A stretch of DNA of 50,214 bases from positions 12,324,215 through 12,374,428 of the forward strand of contig NC_069008.1 in NCBI RefSeq assembly GCF_001194135.2. The letters run 5' to 3'. The stretch is from Octopus bimaculoides (Eukaryota). Numbering within the stretch: the stretch's first letter is position 1; each line of letters opens with the position of its first letter. This document shows, one piece after another, positions 48,180 to 50,214 of the stretch. The position numbers and the translations under genes were made by a program. A model generated the notes under the pieces. It did not search any database and was not told the origin of the DNA. It saw only the letters and a program-made list of their open reading frames with translations.

Positions 48180-49090
48180 AAATTTACAGAAAAAACAAAA
48201 GACAAAACAGGTGTATGAACAACAAGCAGGTATATTAGTTTGAAACTCTGAAAAATGAGGAAGTCTTTTACGTTTCAAGCCTACACTCTTCAACAGAAAA
48301 TAAACAGAGAGAGAATTAAAAAACTTGTGAATTTAGTGATCAAGCATAGCAACTGGTTTGGAAAAAAATATAGTTTGACAGGAGAGCTAGAAAGAAGGGG
48401 AGATAAAGTACTGGTGATCCCAAAACGAAGGTGCATGTGCATATGTGTATGTGAGAATGTGTAAGCATGTGTGTGTGGATAGGGGCTAGTGATTTTGACA
48501 TGTGGATGTGTAGATAATGGTATGGGTACTGGGAAGTACTCAATGTTAGTGTGTGTGGAGTGGTATAGGGATGTAAGGGTGGGGGTGGAGGTATGATGAT
48601 AGGGTTAGGGTTAGGTGAAGATGCAGAGGGTATCAATGAAGAGAGAAGGTGGGTAGGAGTGAAGAGAGGAGGGGAGTTGAGCCCATGTAGCACAAAGGAG
48701 CAAAGAGAGAAGATTAATTCCTGTTCATGGCGAAGGTGGGAATCCAGATGGCCCCTGTGCAAAGACAATCCAAACACAGACAAGTGTTGTAATGAATGGC
48801 CAGTAGAGCAGAAATAGTGTAAGACTGGGGTGTCATTGCTGAGTCTGATATCTCAGAGGTGCTCCATGAACCAGTCAGCTAAGCAGCATCCCCTTTGACT
48901 GATGTACAGAGAAGAGCAGAAAGAGCAGGAGATGCAATAAATGATGTTGCTAGAAGTGCAGGTAGAGGAGTCAGTGATATGACAGAGATGATGATGGGTG
49001 CCTGTGAGGATGGTGGTGTGGGAGAGATGGGGCAAGTGCAGCAGCATGGGTGGGAGCACGGGAATGAGCCAGGTTGTGAGGTGGAATTAG
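48180..49090 (-). mobile_element. Penelope-like element 3' part: GIY-YIG endonuclease remnant, pyrimidine-rich 3' region, pLTR
   Basis: STCTSSNIIYCISCSFCSSLYISQRGCCLADWFMEHL resembles FTC.S.NVIY..C..C...YIGQT.R.L..RF.EH. Confidence 0.75.
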
Positions 49091-49094
49091 GGAA

Positions 49095-49262
49095 GAAACT
49101 TATTTGTTTATTGCCCACAAGGGGCTAAACATAGAGGGGACAAACAAGGACAGACAAAGGGATTAAGTCGATTACAACAACCCCAGTGCATAACTGGTAC
49201 TTAATTTATCAACCCTGAAAGGATGAAAGGCAAAGTCGACCTTGGCGGAATTTGAACCCAGA
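49095..49262 (-). mobile_element. Nin/Deu-like SINE fragment
   Basis: ggttcaaattccgccaaggtcgactttgcctttcatcctttcagggttgataaattaagtaccag. Confidence 0.8.
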
Positions 49263-49994
49263 TTAGGGAAGAAACTGTGGACCAGGAGGTCACAGGTTGT
49301 AAGCTCATTTGAAGGAGGGAAGGAGTAGGCTGGTAAATATGTGTGAAGTGGAGAGGTCAGACGAGTTGCCAGAAGGCTTGGGGACTCTGGGTGGTTTTCA
49401 GCTAGTCCCTTGATAATATTTTCACATACCCAATTCTAATAATTTTTATATTTTACATCTAATTATTTTTTGTATAATAGTACTCATTTGCTTAGTAAAT
49501 ATTGCTTTCATAATTTTATCACAGTCATAATCTTTCTTTTTTAAACAAACATCACGTTAGTCCAACAACAGAGGGAGAAGCAGTTTGTCAAGTTTTACCT
49601 TCCCCTCAAAGCAACATAGAGATTTCAATTCAGCAGCCTATCTGTAAGCTTTGCAGTGTGTGTGAGAGAGTGGGGAGAGAACTTTGCAAACAATGAATGA
49701 ATTAAACATGAAATGAAAAAAAATTGTATAAAGAAAAGGGCATTATTACAGATGTATACACCCCTGACTTTGTTGCCTCATAACATCCAGAAAAATGGAT
49801 ACTTTTTAACAAGATTGTCTACAAATACCACTTAGATGTTGTGGCTTCAGAGTTTATCTGCCTCTGGGCCTGCATTAGGCAAGAAGTTGAAAATATTTTT
49901 AGCCCATGACACTCTTTGGGCCCTATGTACTGCGTGTGTAAAATTTCATTAAAACCAGCTGGGTGGATCTCGAGTTTTAATGACTTGACAAGCA

Positions 49995-50214
49995 CACTGA
50001 CAAGTAGTCTATATTTTAAACTGATGTTTCTTCCTTATTTCAGAATCATAGATGATATTGAACTAACAGAAGATGCACCTTCAAAACTTTCCATCGTTTG
50101 GTTAAGAACTTAATTAGTGACAAGCTCTGAAATGTGCTGTTTGTGAGTAAATTGCGGCCTTAAGAATATTATTCAACTACTACAGTAGTTGAGTGATATA
50201 TATATACATGTATA
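49995..50214 (+). other. Intron end, acceptor (50043) and start of the terminal exon of a fourth ZNF paralog (ZNF-D), truncated by the window end
   Basis: aagtagtctatattttaaactgatgtttcttccttatttcAG|aatcatagatgatattgaactaacagaagatgcaccttcaaaac matches the A/B/C acceptor region. Fingers are not visible in the window. Confidence 0.65.

Noticed and set aside
48255-48300. Hammerhead-like TTGAAGA...GAAACGTA in the Penelope pLTR (minus)
   Set aside because: C3 is missing and stems I/II do not pair convincingly; at best a decayed motif.
48601-48615. agggttagggttagg telomere-like run
   Set aside because: Only about two units within a purine-rich low-complexity PLE region; expected by chance.

Overview
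AT-rich, repeat-dense animal genomic DNA with (AT)n microsatellites and nine N-gaps. It is most consistent with an octopus (coleoid cephalopod) C2H2 zinc-finger gene cluster; the taxon is inferred from the SINE/LINE repertoire and finger-only Kruppel arrays. Four paralogous ZNF units share a splice acceptor and leader. (A) A minus-strand pseudogene (1699-3511) is split by a solo LTR and fused to an RLE-type LINE fragment. (B) An intact 23-finger gene lies on the minus strand (24133-26085). (C) A plus-strand copy (43022-43757) has its leader joined directly to the 3' UTR, with the whole finger array missing. (D) A fourth plus-strand copy starts at the window end. Homologous promoter/exon-1 modules (NRF-1-like palindrome, CCGTT, splice donor) were found for A and D. 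The rest is transposon debris: RTE, CR1-like and RLE LINEs, Penelope-like elements, three tRNA-SINE families, mariner, DD41D-like and Tigger-like elements, and Merlin-family elements including a telomere-repeat foldback with an 8-bp TSD. Several type I hammerhead ribozyme motifs were also found, two of them in tandem and sense to the predicted ZNF-A pre-mRNA. All alignments and folds were done by eye, and TE boundaries are approximate unless a TIR or TSD is given.
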